Part shown: one piece after another, positions 21,205-34,489 of the stretch | Position numbering within the stretch: the first letter of the stretch is position 1 | Layout of the letters: each line of letters begins with the position of its first letter | From: Mustelus asterias | Taxonomy: Eukaryota | Direction of reading: 5' to 3' | NCBI RefSeq assembly: GCF_964213995.1 | Contig: NC_135830.1 | Location: 12,090,001 to 12,154,000 of the forward strand | DNA length: 64,000 bases | Program-made: the position numbers and the translations under genes | Notes under the pieces: generated by a model | Databases searched by the model: none | Seen by the model: the letters and a program-made list of their open reading frames with translations, nothing else | What the model was told of the DNA's origin: nothing

Positions 21205-22636
21205 ATGCTCTGACTGTGGGAATGGTTTCAAAAGCTCTCAGGAACTGATGATCCACCAGTCCATTCACAGCTGCTGTGTGTGGGAAGAAATTCACCAGTT
21301 CATCCCTCCTGCTGAGACACCAGCGAGTTCACAAGTGATTACAGGGGTTGGATTCTGCTGTTATTGCTGCTGTTAATCACATCCAGGACTGAACCATGTT
21401 CATTCTGACAGTTGGTGAAGTGGGAGGGTCGGAGGGTTTCTTTCTGCTGGACTGGCTGATCTCACAATTTTGCTTCCAGTGGGCTGATGCTCTTTGAGCG
21501 AGGGCACATTTCCACTGAAATGACCCACACAAACTGATGAAGAACATTTATTTAATCCTGGACAGTAAATAATGTTTTTCTTACCACTGCAGGTAGATCT
21601 AAAATAAATACATTTGTCTCTGTTCCAGTGAGTCTACAGCACAGGGCCGGGCCAGTCGGCTCAATTGGTCTGTGTCAGTATTTATGCTCCACATGAGCCT
21701 CCACCCACCCCTCTTCATCTCCCCCCATCAGCATATCCTTCTATTCCTCTCTCCCTCATGTATGTATCGAGCTTCCCCTTCAATGTATTCATGCTGTTCA
21801 CCTCAACCACTCGCTGTGATAGTGAGTTCCACATTCTCACCACTCGCTGTGGTAGTGAGTTCCACATTCTCACCACTCGCTGGGTAAAGAGGTTTCTCAC
21901 TGAAATCCCTGTTGGATTATTGAACCCCTTCATAACCTTAAATTCTTCCATCAGGTCACCCTTCAGTCTTCTCTTTTCGAGAGAAAAGCAGTGCCAGCCT
22001 TTCCTGAAGGTTAAATGCTCTCAGTTCTGGGATTATTCTTGTGAATCTTTGTTGCCGCTTCTCCAGTGCCTCTATTTCCTTTTTCTAAATGGAGATCACA
22101 GATGTTGACAGTGCTCCCAGTGCAGTCTAACCCTGGCTCCAAACAAGTTGAACAGAACCTCCCTGCTGTTCAATTCTATTCCTCGAGAATGGAACCCTGT
22201 ACATGGGCCCCACACTTTAGGAAAGATGTGAAGTCCTTAGAGAGGGTGCAGAGGAGATTTACGAGAATGACTCCAGGGATGAGGGACTTCAGTGAGTTCG
22301 AGAGACTTGAACAGCTGAAATTTCTCTCTTTAGATCAGACAGGCATTAGGATTGGGAATGGGGCCATTCAGCCCACTGAGTCCATGCTGGCTCTCTTTAG
22401 ATCAAACTGTTGCCCTGTTCTCTCTCCGTGTCCCGTAGATTTATTTCCCTGAAGTTCCCATCCAATTTCCTTTTGGAAACATTCCATTATCTCTGCTTCA
22501 GCCGCTCGTAGGGAGTGAGTTCCAGATATTTACCACTTCAAATGCAAACGAGGAGCAGAGAGCACAAAAGGAGGCCGTGTGACCCATTGTGCCCCTGCTG
22601 CCTCTTCAAACATTCTCAGCAACAAGGTCAGGGAGG

Positions 22637-24840
22637 CCATAGAACCATAGAAAATTACAGCTCAGAAACAGGCCTTTTGGCCCTTCTTGTCTGTGCCGAA
22701 CCATTTTATGCCTAGTCCCACTGACCTGCACTTGGACCATATCCCTCCACACCCCTCTCATCCATGAACCCGTCCAAGTTTTTCTTAAATGTTAAAAGTG
22801 ACCCCGCATTTACCACTTTATCCGGCAGCTCATTCCACACTCCCACCACTCTCTGCGTGAAGAAGCCCCCCCTAATATTCCCTTTAAACTTTTCTCCTTT
22901 CACCCTTAACCCATGCCCTCTGGTTTTTTTCTCCCCTAGCCTCAGCGGAAAAAGCCTGCTTGCATTCACTCTATCTATACCCATCAAAATCTTAAACACC
23001 TCTATCAAATCTCCCCTCAATCTTCTACGCTCCAGGGAATAAAGTCCCATCCTATTCAATCTCTCTCTGTAACTCAGCTTCTCAAGTCCCGGCAACATCC
23101 TTGTGAACCTTCTCTGCACTCTTTCAATCTTATTTACATCCTTCCTGTAACTAGGTGACCAAAACTGTACACAATACTCCAAATTCGGCCTCACCAATGC
23201 CTTATATAACCTTACCATAACACTCCAACTTTTACACTCGATACTCCAATTCATAAAGGCCAATGTACCAAAGGCACTCTTTACGACCCTATCCACCTGT
23301 GACGTCACTTTTAGGGAACTCTGTACCTGTATTCCCAGATCCCTCTGTTCAACTGCACTCTTCAGAGTCCTACCATTTACCCTGTACGTTCTTCTTTGGT
23401 TTGTCCTTCCAAAGTGCAATATCTCACACTTGTCTGCGTTAAATTCCATTTGCCATTTTTCAGCCCATTTTTCTAGTTGGTCCAAATCCCTCTGCAAGCT
23501 TTGAAAACCTTCCTCACTGCCCACTACACCTCCAATCTTTGTATCATCAGCAAACTTGCTGATCCAATTGACAACATTATCATCCAGATCATTGATATAG
23601 ATGACAAACAACAATGGACCCAACACCGATCCCTGCGGCACACCACTAGTCACAGGCCTCCACTCAGAGAAGCAATCCTCCACAACCACTCTCTGGCTTC
23701 TTCCATTGAGCCAGTGTCTTATCCAATTTACTACCTCCCCATGTATACCCAGAGACAACCTTCCTAACTAACCTCCCATGAGGGACCTTGTCAAAGGCCT
23801 TGCTGAAATCCAGGTAGACAACATCCACCGCCTTCCCTTCATCCACTTTCCTGGTAACCTCCTCGAAAAACTCTAATAGATTGGTCAAACATGACCTACC
23901 ACGCACAAAGCCATGTTGACTCTCCCTAATAAGTCCCTGTCTATCCAAATATTTGTAGATCCTATCCCTTATCACACCTTCCAATAACTTGCCCACCACC
24001 GACGTCAAACTTACTGGCCGATAATTTCCCGGATTTCTTTTGGAACCTTTTTTAAACAACGGAACAACATGAGCCACCCTCCAATCATCCGGCACCTCCC
24101 CCGTGAATACTGACATTTTAAATATGTCTGCCAGGGCCCCTGCAAGTTCAACACTAGCTTCCCTCAAGGTCCGTGGGAATACCCTGTCCGGTCCTGGGGA
24201 TTTATCCACTCTGATTTGCCTCAAGACAGCGAGCACCTCCTCCCCTTTAATCTGTAAAGGTTCCATGGCCTCCCTACCAGTTTGCCCTATTTCCGTAGAC
24301 TCCATGCCCGTTTCCTCAGTAAATACAGATGCAAAAAAACCGTTTAGTATCTCCCCCATCTCTTTTGGTTCCATACACAGTGTACCACTCTGGTCTTCAA
24401 GAGGACCAATTTTATCCCTCACTATCCTTTTGCTCCTAACATACCTATAGAAGCTCTTTGGATTTTCCTTCACTCTGTCTGCCAAAGCAACCTCATGTCT
24501 TCTTTTAGCCCTCCTGATTTCCCTCTTAAGTAGCTTCTTGCACTTTTTATACTCCTCGAGCATCTGATGTGTTCCTTGCTGCCTGTACATTTCATACAAC
24601 TCTCTCTTCCTCTTAATCAGTGTTACAATCTCCCTCGAGAACCAAGGTTCCTTATTCCTATTTACTTTGCCTTTAATCCTGACAGGAACATACAAACTCT
24701 GCACTCTCAAAATTTCTCCTTTGAAGGCCTCCCACTTTCCATTTACATCCTTACCAGAGAACAGCCTGTGCCAATCCACACTTCCCAGATCCCTTCTCAT
24801 TTCATCAAATTTGGCCTTTTTCCAGTTCAGAACTTCAACC
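22637..24840 (-). mobile_element. Young 5'-truncated CR1 LINE (~2.2 kb) with one frameshift near 23755
   Basis: Overlapping ORFs 23664..24800 and 22712..23758 give the full RT domain through the C-terminus; (TTCTATGG)2 tail. Confidence 0.95.
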
Positions 24841-25244
24841 CGAGAACTTCAACCATGTTAAATTCTAACATGTGACTGGAGCTTTATTTTAAAAATTAAT
24901 GTTGGATTCACCTACATGCTTGTGGAAGCTGCATAGCTGGCAGGAATTGTCTGAACTAAGAATTTCTTCTATGAATTTGATCAGTTGGAGGACATTATAT
25001 TCTGTCAAATCTGGCTCAAGAATAAGGTTGATTGCTCAGTTCAAGTAAGAAGGAAAGCTATTGGCTTGCAGCAAGTGTCTTTTTGAACCAGGATATCTTG
25101 TATTAACCTTATTCAGTTGTGGGACATGGGCGTCGCTGGCTGGCCAACATTTATTGCCCATCCCTAGATGCCCTTGTTCAGAGGGCAGTTGAGAGTCAAC
25201 CACATTGTATGAACCAAATGTGTTCATTAAATATTACTGTATTT

Positions 25245-27645
25245 AGAACAAAGAAAGTTACAGCACAGGGACAGGCCCTTTAGCCCTCCAAGCCTGCTGC
25301 TGGACTAAATTAAAACCCCCTACCCTTCCGGGGACCATTTCCCTCTATTCCCATCCTATTCATGTATTTGTCAAGATGTCCCTTAAAAGTCACTACCGTA
25401 TCCGCTTCCACTACCCCCCAGGCAACGAGTTCCAGGAACCCACTGCTCTCTGTGTAAAAAATCTGCCTCGTACATCTCCTTTAAACCTTGCCCCTCACAC
25501 CTTAAACCTGTGCCCCCTAGTAATTGACGCTTCCACCCTGGGAAACAGCTTCTGACTATCCACTCTGTCCATGCCTCTCATAATCCTGTAGACTTCTATC
25601 AGGTTGCCCCCTCAACCTCCCTCATTCCAGTGAGAACAAACCAAGTTTCTCCAACCTCTCCGCATAGCTAATGCCCTCCATACCAGGCAACATCCGGGTA
25701 AATATTTTCTGTACCCTCTCCAAAGCCTCCACATCCTTCTGATAGTGTGGCGACCGGAATTGAACACTATATTCCAAGTGTGGCCTAACTAAGCTTCTCT
25801 AAAGCTGCAACATGACTTGCCAATTTTTAAACTCAATGCCCCAGCCAATGAAGGAAAGCATGCCGTATGTCTTCTTGACTATCTTCCCCACCTGCGTTGC
25901 CACTTTCAGTGACCTGTGTACCTGTACACCCAGATCACTTTGCCGATCAATACTCCTAAGGGTTTTGCCATTTACTGTATATTTCCTATCTGTATTAGAC
26001 CTTCCAAAATGCATTACCTCACATTTGTCCAGATTAAACTCCATCTGCCATCACTCCGCCCAAGACTCCAACCAATCTATATCCTGCTGTATCCTCTGAT
26101 GGTCCTCATCACTATCCGCAAATCCACCAACCTTTGTGTCGTCCGCAAACTTCCTAATCAAACCAGTTACATTTTCCTCCAAATCATTTATATATATATA
26201 TAACAAACAGCAAGGTCCCAGCACTGATCCCTGAGGAACGCCACTTGTCACAGCCCTCCATTCAGAAACGCACCCTTCCAATGCTACCCTCTGTCTTCTT
26301 TGACCGAGCCAGTTCTGTATCCACCTTGCCAACTCACCTCTGATCCCATGCGACTTCTCCTTCTGCACCAGTCTACCATGAGGGACCTTGTCTAAGTCCA
26401 TGTGGACAACATCCACTGCTCTACCCTTATCAATCATCTTCGTCACTTCCTCGAAAAACTCGACCAAGTCCGTGAGACACGACCTCCCCTTCACAAAACC
26501 ATGTTGCTTCTCACTAATACATCCACTTATTTCCAAGTGGGAATAAATCCTGTCTCGAAGAATTCTCTCCAATAATTTCCCTATCACTGATGTAAGGCTC
26601 ACCGGCCTGTAATTACCTGGATTATTCTTGCTACCCTTCTTAAACAAAAGAACAACATTGGCTATTCTCCAATCCTCTGGGACCTCCCCTGTATGATGTG
26701 GAGATGCCGGCGTTGGACTGGGGTAAACACAGTAAGAAGTTTAACAACACCAGGTTCCTCTGGCTCCACACATAGATTCCCTCCCCTATCCTTGAGTGGG
26801 CCGACCCTCTCCCTGGCTACCCTCTTGTTCTTTATATATGTATAAAAAGCCTTGGGATTTTCCTTAATCCTGCTGGCCAATGATTTTTCGTGACCACTCT
26901 TAGCCCTCCTTACTCCTTGCTTAAGTTTCTTTCTACTTTCCTTGTATTCCACACTTGCTTCGTGTGTTCCTCCCCTGTAGCCAGTGAGGATACAAAGATC
27001 TCTCTCAAGACCCCAGCAATTTCCTCCCTTGCCTCTCTCGGTATTCTGGGGTATATCCCGTCAGGCCCTGGGGACTTGTCTACCTTAATGTTTCTCAAGA
27101 ACCCCAATACCACCTCCTTTTTGATCTCAACATGACTCAGACTATCTACACATCCTTTCCCAGACTCATCCACCACCAAATCCTCTTTGGTGAATACTGA
27201 CGCAAAGTACTCATTTAATATCTCCCCATTTCCTCTGGCTCCGCGCATAGATTCCCTCCCTTGTCCTGGAGTGGGCCAACCCTCTCCCTGGCTACTCTCT
27301 TGCTCTTTATATATGTATAAAAAGCCTTGGGATTTTCCTTAATCCTGCTGGCCAATGCTTTTTCGTGACCCCTTTTAGCCCTCCATTCTCCTTGCTTAAG
27401 TTTCTTTCTACTTTCCTTGTATTCCACACTTGCTTCGTGTGTTCCCAGCCTCCTAGCTTTGACAAATGTTTCGTTTTTCTCTTTGACGAGGCTCACAATA
27501 TCTCTCATTATCCAAGGTTCCCAAAACTTGCCATACTTATCCTTCACCCTTACAGGAATGTGCCGGTCCTGAATCCCTATCAACTTACACTTGAAAGCCT
27601 CCCACACGCCAGATGTTGATTTGCCCTCAAACATCTGCCCCATCT
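25245..27645 (-). mobile_element. CR1 LINE (decayed ORF2 and 3' end) with an internal chimeric insertion at 26694-26968
   Basis: ORFs 25799..26044, 26051..26647, 26910..27248 and 27215..27643 all carry CR1 motifs; 3' hairpin near 25272. Confidence 0.9.
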
Positions 27646-28403
27646 GGTAGCTATTTATTAGCTACCAGTCATGAACAGATGAGAAATTAATGAGCCTTAA
27701 TTGAGTTATAGTTAATCAATGAATCAGTCGTTATAGTAAAAGATTGAGTTTTATTTGCTGTAAGAGTTTAATTGCTGTGTATGTAAAGAATGTGCAATGA
27801 GGATAAATGTACTGGCGAGAGAGACCTTCAAGCTCTGATTAGCCTCAACATTTGAAACTGTGAGAATAAGGGGATTGTATAGAATCAGATAAAGGGATAG
27901 TATGAACCAGTTCTCTTGTATTCCTGTCTAAGATAATAAGAAGTGATGGTGTCAGTAATTGAGGATCCAGTTAAATTAATCTAGTGGTCAAATTGACCAA
28001 TTGTCATGATACAACAGGCCCAAATCTGACGTGAGGTAATCGTCACTTTGTGGATAAAAGTAGAGGTTCTGAAGGTCTTCCTTGGGAGCCAAATACTGAA
28101 AACTCCCGAGACTGAGTTCCAAGGAAATTACTGTCAGAGAAGGAACCAGACTCCCAAGGCTGAATTCCACAAGAATTCCTGTGAAAGAAGGAGCCAGAGA
28201 GGGTTATGCTTCTACGGACCGATCACCTGCATGAAGTTGTAAAAGTCAATATCTTAAAGTTGTTGAGTAAAACTTTTTCATTCAGTAAACTTCTTTTTAA
28301 ATTTCCTATCCAGAGAATTCTGCCTTTACCACAAAAAGGGCAGGGAACAGGCTACAGATGAATTAAAGAGAAACCATTTGAGTCCAGAACATTGTGAATA
28401 TCA

Positions 28404-29135
28404 AAGAACAACAAAGAACAAAGAACAATACAGCACAGGAACAGGCCCTTCGGCCCTCCAAGCCCGCGCCGCTCCCCGGTCCAGGATTGAATCCTGAATC
28501 CAGGATCCCCGCCCAATTTTCCAGCCTATCTACATACCAAAATCCTATCCACCGAGCTGTCCCTCACAGCTACGATGCTTTGTTCATTACAACCTATTAA
28601 CTCACCCCCACCCCCCCATTCCAGACCATGTGATCTCCAGGGAGAGGCGAAAACCCAGAGTGAAAAACCCCAGGGCCAATATGGGGAAAAAAATCTGGGA
28701 AATTCCTCTCCGACCCCCTGAGGCGATCGAAACGAGTCCAGGAGATCACAATGGCCCTGATCGGGAAATGCTTCCCAACCCTAGTCATTTCCACTTCCAC
28801 GAACACCATATGAATTCCCTGCCCCCGAGACAGGTTCCCAACTATCCGCAGTCTCGCTCTGTACTGGCACCAGCAAGATAATCATAGAATGAAGCCTTGA
28901 AACGAGAAACAAGGAACAATTAGCCCGCGCCGCTCCCTGGTCCAGACGAGACCACTCTTTTGTATCCCTCCATTCCCACTCCGTTCATATAGCTGTCTAG
29001 ATAAGTCTTAAACGTTCCCAGTGTGTCCGCCTCCACCACCTTGCCCGGCAACACATTCCAGGCCCCCACGACCCTCTGTGTGAAATATGTCCTTCTGATA
29101 TCTGTGTTAAACCTCCCCCCCCTTCACCTTGAACC
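28404..29135 (-). mobile_element. CR1 LINE 3' end with an extended, structured 3' UTR
   Basis: Minus strand encodes YFTQRVVGAWNVLPGKVVEADTLGTFKTYLDSYM. Terminal GGGCCGAAGGGCC hairpin and (TTCTTTG)n tail; 24-bp direct repeats at 28461 and 28922. Confidence 0.8.
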
Positions 29136-30812
29136 TATCCTTTTACTCTGGTTGTCTTTGATGCTCAAGTCATTTTCTGATTGTTTTAACCATGTTCTGT
29201 TTCATTAATAAACTTTGATCAGTAAAATATTTGATTGTTCTGGACTTTTCCTGATGAGATTGATGCACTTTAGGGAAAGTGGGTGAGAGGGGTTGGCAGG
29301 CTCTTTAACAGAAAGTGAGTCCCTCTAAGGTAATTGGCAAAGGAGCCAGAGGGGGAGATGAGATTTTATTTTATATTTTTGACACAGCGAGTTGTTCTGA
29401 TCTGCCTGAAAACAGATTCAATAGAATCTTTCCAAAGGTTAAAGACTTGAAAGGGAAGAATTTGCAGGGCTGTGGGGACAGATCAGAGTGGTAGGATGAA
29501 TCAGACAGTCCTTTCAAAGAGATAGCAGGGGCACGATGGGCTGAATGGACTCCTCCTGCAGCCTGTCAATCTCAGCCTCCTGCTTTTGTGCAGGTTAAAA
29601 GGGACAGATTTCATTGCAGCCTCTTCCCTGTATCTGTATTTAAAGAGACAGGTTTCTCTTTAGCTCTGAGTGACTGATATAACAATTGGTTGGAGGCCCA
29701 TTTCCCAGTCAGTCCTCCAGCATCTTCCTGTCTCTCTACTAGTGCGACGCCCAGGGCAGTTTCCCAACTGGGGCGCAGGCCTCATTATTCACAGCTAAAT
29801 TCAGCCCTCAGCTCCGTCGCCTGGCTGTCATTGACACAAGCAATAGAGAGACAGAAAGGTGCCCCAGGCTCAAATGGGAAATCAAAACTCGGGGCTTTAA
29901 ATGAACTGTTCGGATCTCTGTAACGATCAACAATTTTAAAAAAAGAATTCTAAGCCCAGTGAGTAAATTAAAGAATCACACGACAAAACTTCAAGTTTCT
30001 GGCGTTTATTCCAACAAACTGGAAGCAACAATGACTAAACACTTTTTTGAAGGGAACATTGCTCTTAAACTTAAAATTAAACTTTGCCCTTTTACTCTTA
30101 ACACCATCAAATATCCCACTCAACCGTTATATTTTATTCTGCCTTGGAATGTTCACACTCTTTCTCCAAAAACCAGTCCAAAGTGATTCTTTACTCCTCA
30201 AGGGTTTATTTCCATTGTTTTCCTTTTCCAGTCTGGCAACCTTTAATCCCAGAACTGTCCTTCACAGTGATGGTTCTCCTGGACATTTTCCCACTAACAC
30301 AAGCAAGGCGAATCTTCCAGCCTTGTTTCACAATCCTCAGGAAATTGTGACCAACATTCAACACCGGAGCAGATGTAGGTCATTTGGCCCTTTGAGTCTG
30401 CTCCACCGTTTATTTAGGTCATGGCTGATCTTTTTGTGTTGAGTTCCACATTCTCGTTCTAGACCCAATACTTTTGATTCTCTTACCCAACAAGAATTGG
30501 GATAAAGGCAAAATTCTGCTGTTGTTGGAATCTGAAACAAAAACAGAAAATGCTGGACAATCTCAGCAAGTCTGACAGCATCTGCAGAGAGAGAATAGAG
30601 ACAACATTTTGAGTCAGGATGACCCTTTGTCAGAGCTGAAGACAAGGAAAATCGGACATAATTTATACTGTCAGGGTCAAGAATTGGGAAGCAATCTATT
30701 AAACCTCCTCTGAACCACTTTCAATGCATTTGTATCATTTCTTAAATAGGAGACAAAGCTGCACCCAGTATTCAAGATGCAGTCTCCATAATGCCCTGTA
30801 TAGCTGAAGCAT

Positions 30813-30948
30813 AGTAAGAAGTTAAACAACACCAGGTTAAAGTCCAACAGGTTTATCTGGTAGCAAATAAACCTGTTGGACTTTAACCTGGTGTTGTTAA
30901 ACTTCTTATTGTGTTTACCCCAGTCCAACGCAGGCATCTCCACATCAT
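30813..30948. mobile_element. Inverted PLE terminal fragments forming a fold-back hairpin
   Basis: 44-bp arms at 30813-30856 and 30867-30910 are near-perfect reverse complements of the PLE terminus (compare 3806-3851). Confidence 0.75.
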
Positions 30949-33373
30949 AACGAAAGCAGAACATCTTTACTCCTGTGTTCAATTTCTCTCATAATAAAGG
31001 ATAGCATTCCATTTGTAAGAACTTTGATTTATTTGAACTAAGATTTATGGGGGTTGCTTGTTTACAATAACCTCCCTAATCGTAAATCACACCAGGTTCC
31101 AGTGACTTAACCATATGGCAAGAAAGAACGCTTTAAATCGTGAATTCAGAAAGTTTATTAATCATTAAAAATGTAACAAGTCAGAAAGATAAAACAGAGT
31201 GTTGATTAACAGTGAATAGAGAAAGAATAGAAAAATGTTGAAAGCCCATCTTAGCCAATTCCCATAAATCTTCAATTATAAACTAAAATAGACATGAGTT
31301 TTCAGATGATTTGAAAAGAAATGAATTGTCTGCTGAAAGGGTTAACTTTTCTACAGAACCTAAAGGGATGGGGAGTGAGCAGAAAAAAATTGGCACACAA
31401 TAATACCACTTTACACAAGTAAAAAAATCAAAACAAACTAGATTGTAAACTTCAGCTCTTCATTTTTTTGTTATATTCCATAACCTAATTATTTTAATTT
31501 GATCAGTTTTTTTAGGGATGGATAACTTCTGTTCTTTATAAACTGCTTCACTCATTTTGCTGATTCTACATGGGCTCGGAAAATCAGAACCCAGACTTTA
31601 TCATCCTTATCCTTTTTCCCCTTTTGCCACCACTCCCTCTGTTTTGCAGGAAGGTCGTAGGGATTCCAATCAGAACTAATCATTTTATCATAAAAGTTAA
31701 ATACTGCGGATGCTGGAATCTGAAACAACAACAGAAAATGCTGGAAAATCTCAGCAGGTCTGACAGTATCTGTGGAGACAGAATAGAGTCAATGTTCAAA
31801 GTATGGATGACCCTTCATAAGAGCGGTTATGAAGTGTCTTCCAGACTCGAAACGTTGGCTGTATTCTCTAATAATTTTATCGATACGTTTCTTGTTCTTA
31901 GTTTCCAATTAGCAGGTAAGAGACCTGTCCAGTCCTCACTCGAGCTCTGATTTTTTCACTGGCCATGCTTGAGTCAGTTTATGACCATTAGAATCTACTC
32001 AGAGGTCTGCTTTTCAGTCCAGTGCTATTTGGAGTATACTGTTACTTCACCGACTAACGGGTCACAAGTCCCTCAAAGTTCTTATCACAAATTTGGGATA
32101 AAATAATTTAAACAATGCCTGAGAACGCTTTTTAACTTCTTAACCAACTATCTCCCACTGTTTGTTGATTGGTCAGACCTTCTCTTCACAGATTCGGGTA
32201 TCTCAGCCACTGAACACCAGCCGGTCCTGGAATAAGTTTAATTCTAACTCATTCTGAGTAAATATTCTCACCAGGTCCTCTGTTGGGCACTAAGCAGCTT
32301 TAATGGTCCGTGATTGCAGAAACTGAGCAGTCACAGGAATGTGGTCAAGATAGTCCAGTCCCATAATGCCTCACATTCAATCTGCAGTCCTTCAATTATA
32401 ACAGAATATGTGGCTGTTTGTAGCTGCCTCGGCCATGGTCAACCCCAACACTGCCTTCCTGAACTGCTACAATGCCTGAGGTGTAAGTAAGCCCACAGTG
32501 CTGTTAGGGAGGGATTTCCAGCTACATATTCCAGACTTTCACTGGACTGTAGATGGATACCAGATTGACATATTCCATTCAACCACTCCCAAGGTGAGTT
32601 ATTCCAATTCCTTTATTGTCCAGGACAATATATTCACAATATCATTAAAACAGGAATTAAACATTCCCATTTGGTTTCAGGTTCTAACATATTCTGTTAG
32701 TTTGTTCTTTATTGTCAATGTCAGGCTGGGGTTGTTTCCCTTGGAGCAAAGGAGGTTGAGGGGAGATTTGATAGAGGTGGACAAGATTCTGACAGGTTTA
32801 GATAAGGTGGACAAAGAAAAGCTCTTCCCATTAGCTGAAGGGACAAGGACAAGGGGGACACAGATTTAAAGTTTCAGGTCAGAGATGGAGGGAGGGATGT
32901 GAGGAAGAAAATGTTGATGCAGCGAATGGTAATGACCTGGAACTCGCTGCCGATGAGGGTGGAGGAAGTGGAGACAATAAACAATTACAAAGGAAATTGG
33001 ATGGGCATCTGGGGGAGTTTCAAACAGAAATGCTGACTAAATATCTCTGAACTTCCTCACACCCTGTCACTCTGTGATCCTTGTGAAATTTGAAACCAGG
33101 TATTCACAACAAGACTCAAAGAGCATCAGCCCACTGGAGGGAAAGTTGTGAGACCGGCCAGTCCAGCAGAAAGAAACCCTCCGACCCTCCCCATTGACCA
33201 ACTGTGAGAATGAACAAAATGCAGTCCTGGATGTAACTGAGAGCAGAAACAATAACAGCAGAATCCAACCCCTGTGCACTTGTTGGTGCCTCAGCAGCTG
33301 TGATGAAATTCTGAACACTTTTTATACACTGAGCAGGTGGACAGTTTCTCCCCAGTGTAACTTCACTGATGTC

Positions 33374-34276
33374 TCAACAGGTGGGATAACTGAGTGAATT
33401 CCTTCCCACACTCAGAGCAGGTGAATGGTCTCTCCCCATGTGAATTCGCTGGTGTCTCTGCAGGTTGGATAACTGACTGAAACCCTTCCCACACTGAGAG
33501 CAGGTAAATGGCCTCTCCTCAGTGTGAACTCGCTGGTGTCTCTGCAGGTGGGATGACTGAGTGAATCTCTTCCCACACTGAGAGCAGGTGAACGGCCTCT
33601 CTCCAGTGTGAATTTGCTGGTGTTTCTGCTGGGTGGATAACTGACTGAAACCCTTCCCACACTGAGAGCAGGTAAATGGTCTCTCCCCAGTGTGAACTCG
33701 CTGGTGTCTCCGCAGGACGGATGACCGAGTGAATCCCTTCCCACACTGAGAGCAGGTGAATGGCCTCTCCCCAGTGTGAACTCGCTGGTGTGTCCGCAGG
33801 TCGGATGAACGAGTAAATCCCTTCCCACACTGAGAGCAGGTGAATGGCCTCTCCCCGGTGTGAATGTGCTGATGTGTCCGCAGGTCGGATGACCGAGTGA
33901 ATCTCTTCCCACAACGAGAGCAGATGAATGGCCTCTCCCCAGTGTGAACTCGCTGGTGTATCTGCAGGTTGGAAAACTGACTGAACCCCTTCCCACACCG
34001 AGAGCAGATAAACAGCCTCTCCCCAGTGTGAATTCGCTGGTGTCTCTGCAAAGTGGATAACACAGTGAATCCCTTTCCACACTGAGAGCAGGTGAACGGT
34101 CTCTCTCCAGTGTGAACTCGCTTGTGTGACTGCAGGCTGGGCAACAGAGCGAATCCCTCCCCACACTGAGAGCAGATGAATGGCCGCTCCCCAGTGTGGC
34201 TGCGCCGATGAGCATCCAGCAGAGAGGGGTATCTGTATCTCTTCCCACAGTCCGCACATTTCCATGGTTTCTCCAT
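33374..34276 (-). CDS. ZNF-D: tandem C2H2 protein, 10 fingers followed by a frameshifted tail
   Basis: Ten CSQC/CSRC fingers from MEKPWKC; 1-nt deletion in the linker near 33438; degenerate fingers continue to ~33275. Closest paralog by eye is ZNF-A. Confidence 0.85.
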   Translation of the reverse strand: MEKPWKCADCGKRYRYPSLLDAHRRSHTGERPFICSQCGEGFALLPSLQSHKRVHTGERPFTCSQCGKGFTVLSTLQRHQRIHTGERLFICSRCGKGFSQFSNLQIHQRVHTGERPFICSRCGKRFTRSSDLRTHQHIHTGERPFTCSQCGKGFTRSSDLRTHQRVHTGERPFTCSQCGKGFTRSSVLRRHQRVHTGERPFTCSQCGKGFSQLSTQQKHQQIHTGERPFTCSQCGKRFTQSSHLQRHQRVHTEERPFTCSQCGKGFSQLSNLQRHQRIHMGRDHSPALSVGRNSLSYPTC

Positions 34277-34489
34277 GGTGCAGGTGTCCTTGCCTCTCCC
34301 TTGGGTGGACAATCAGTTGACGCCTTGTCCACACACAGAACACGGGTACCGTCTCTCCCCGCTGTGAATGGTGATAGTTATTCAGGCTGTGTAACTGGTT
34401 AAAGCTCTTTAGTCAGTGCTCTGGAACACACTCACTCGGGTGTGGCAGTGTGTTGCTGCTTTTCCACTCACTGATGGCCGAAGTCTTTT

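Noticed and set aside
22712-24800. Autonomous active retrotransposon
   Set aside because: No ORF1 or endonuclease domain, and a frameshift near 23755.
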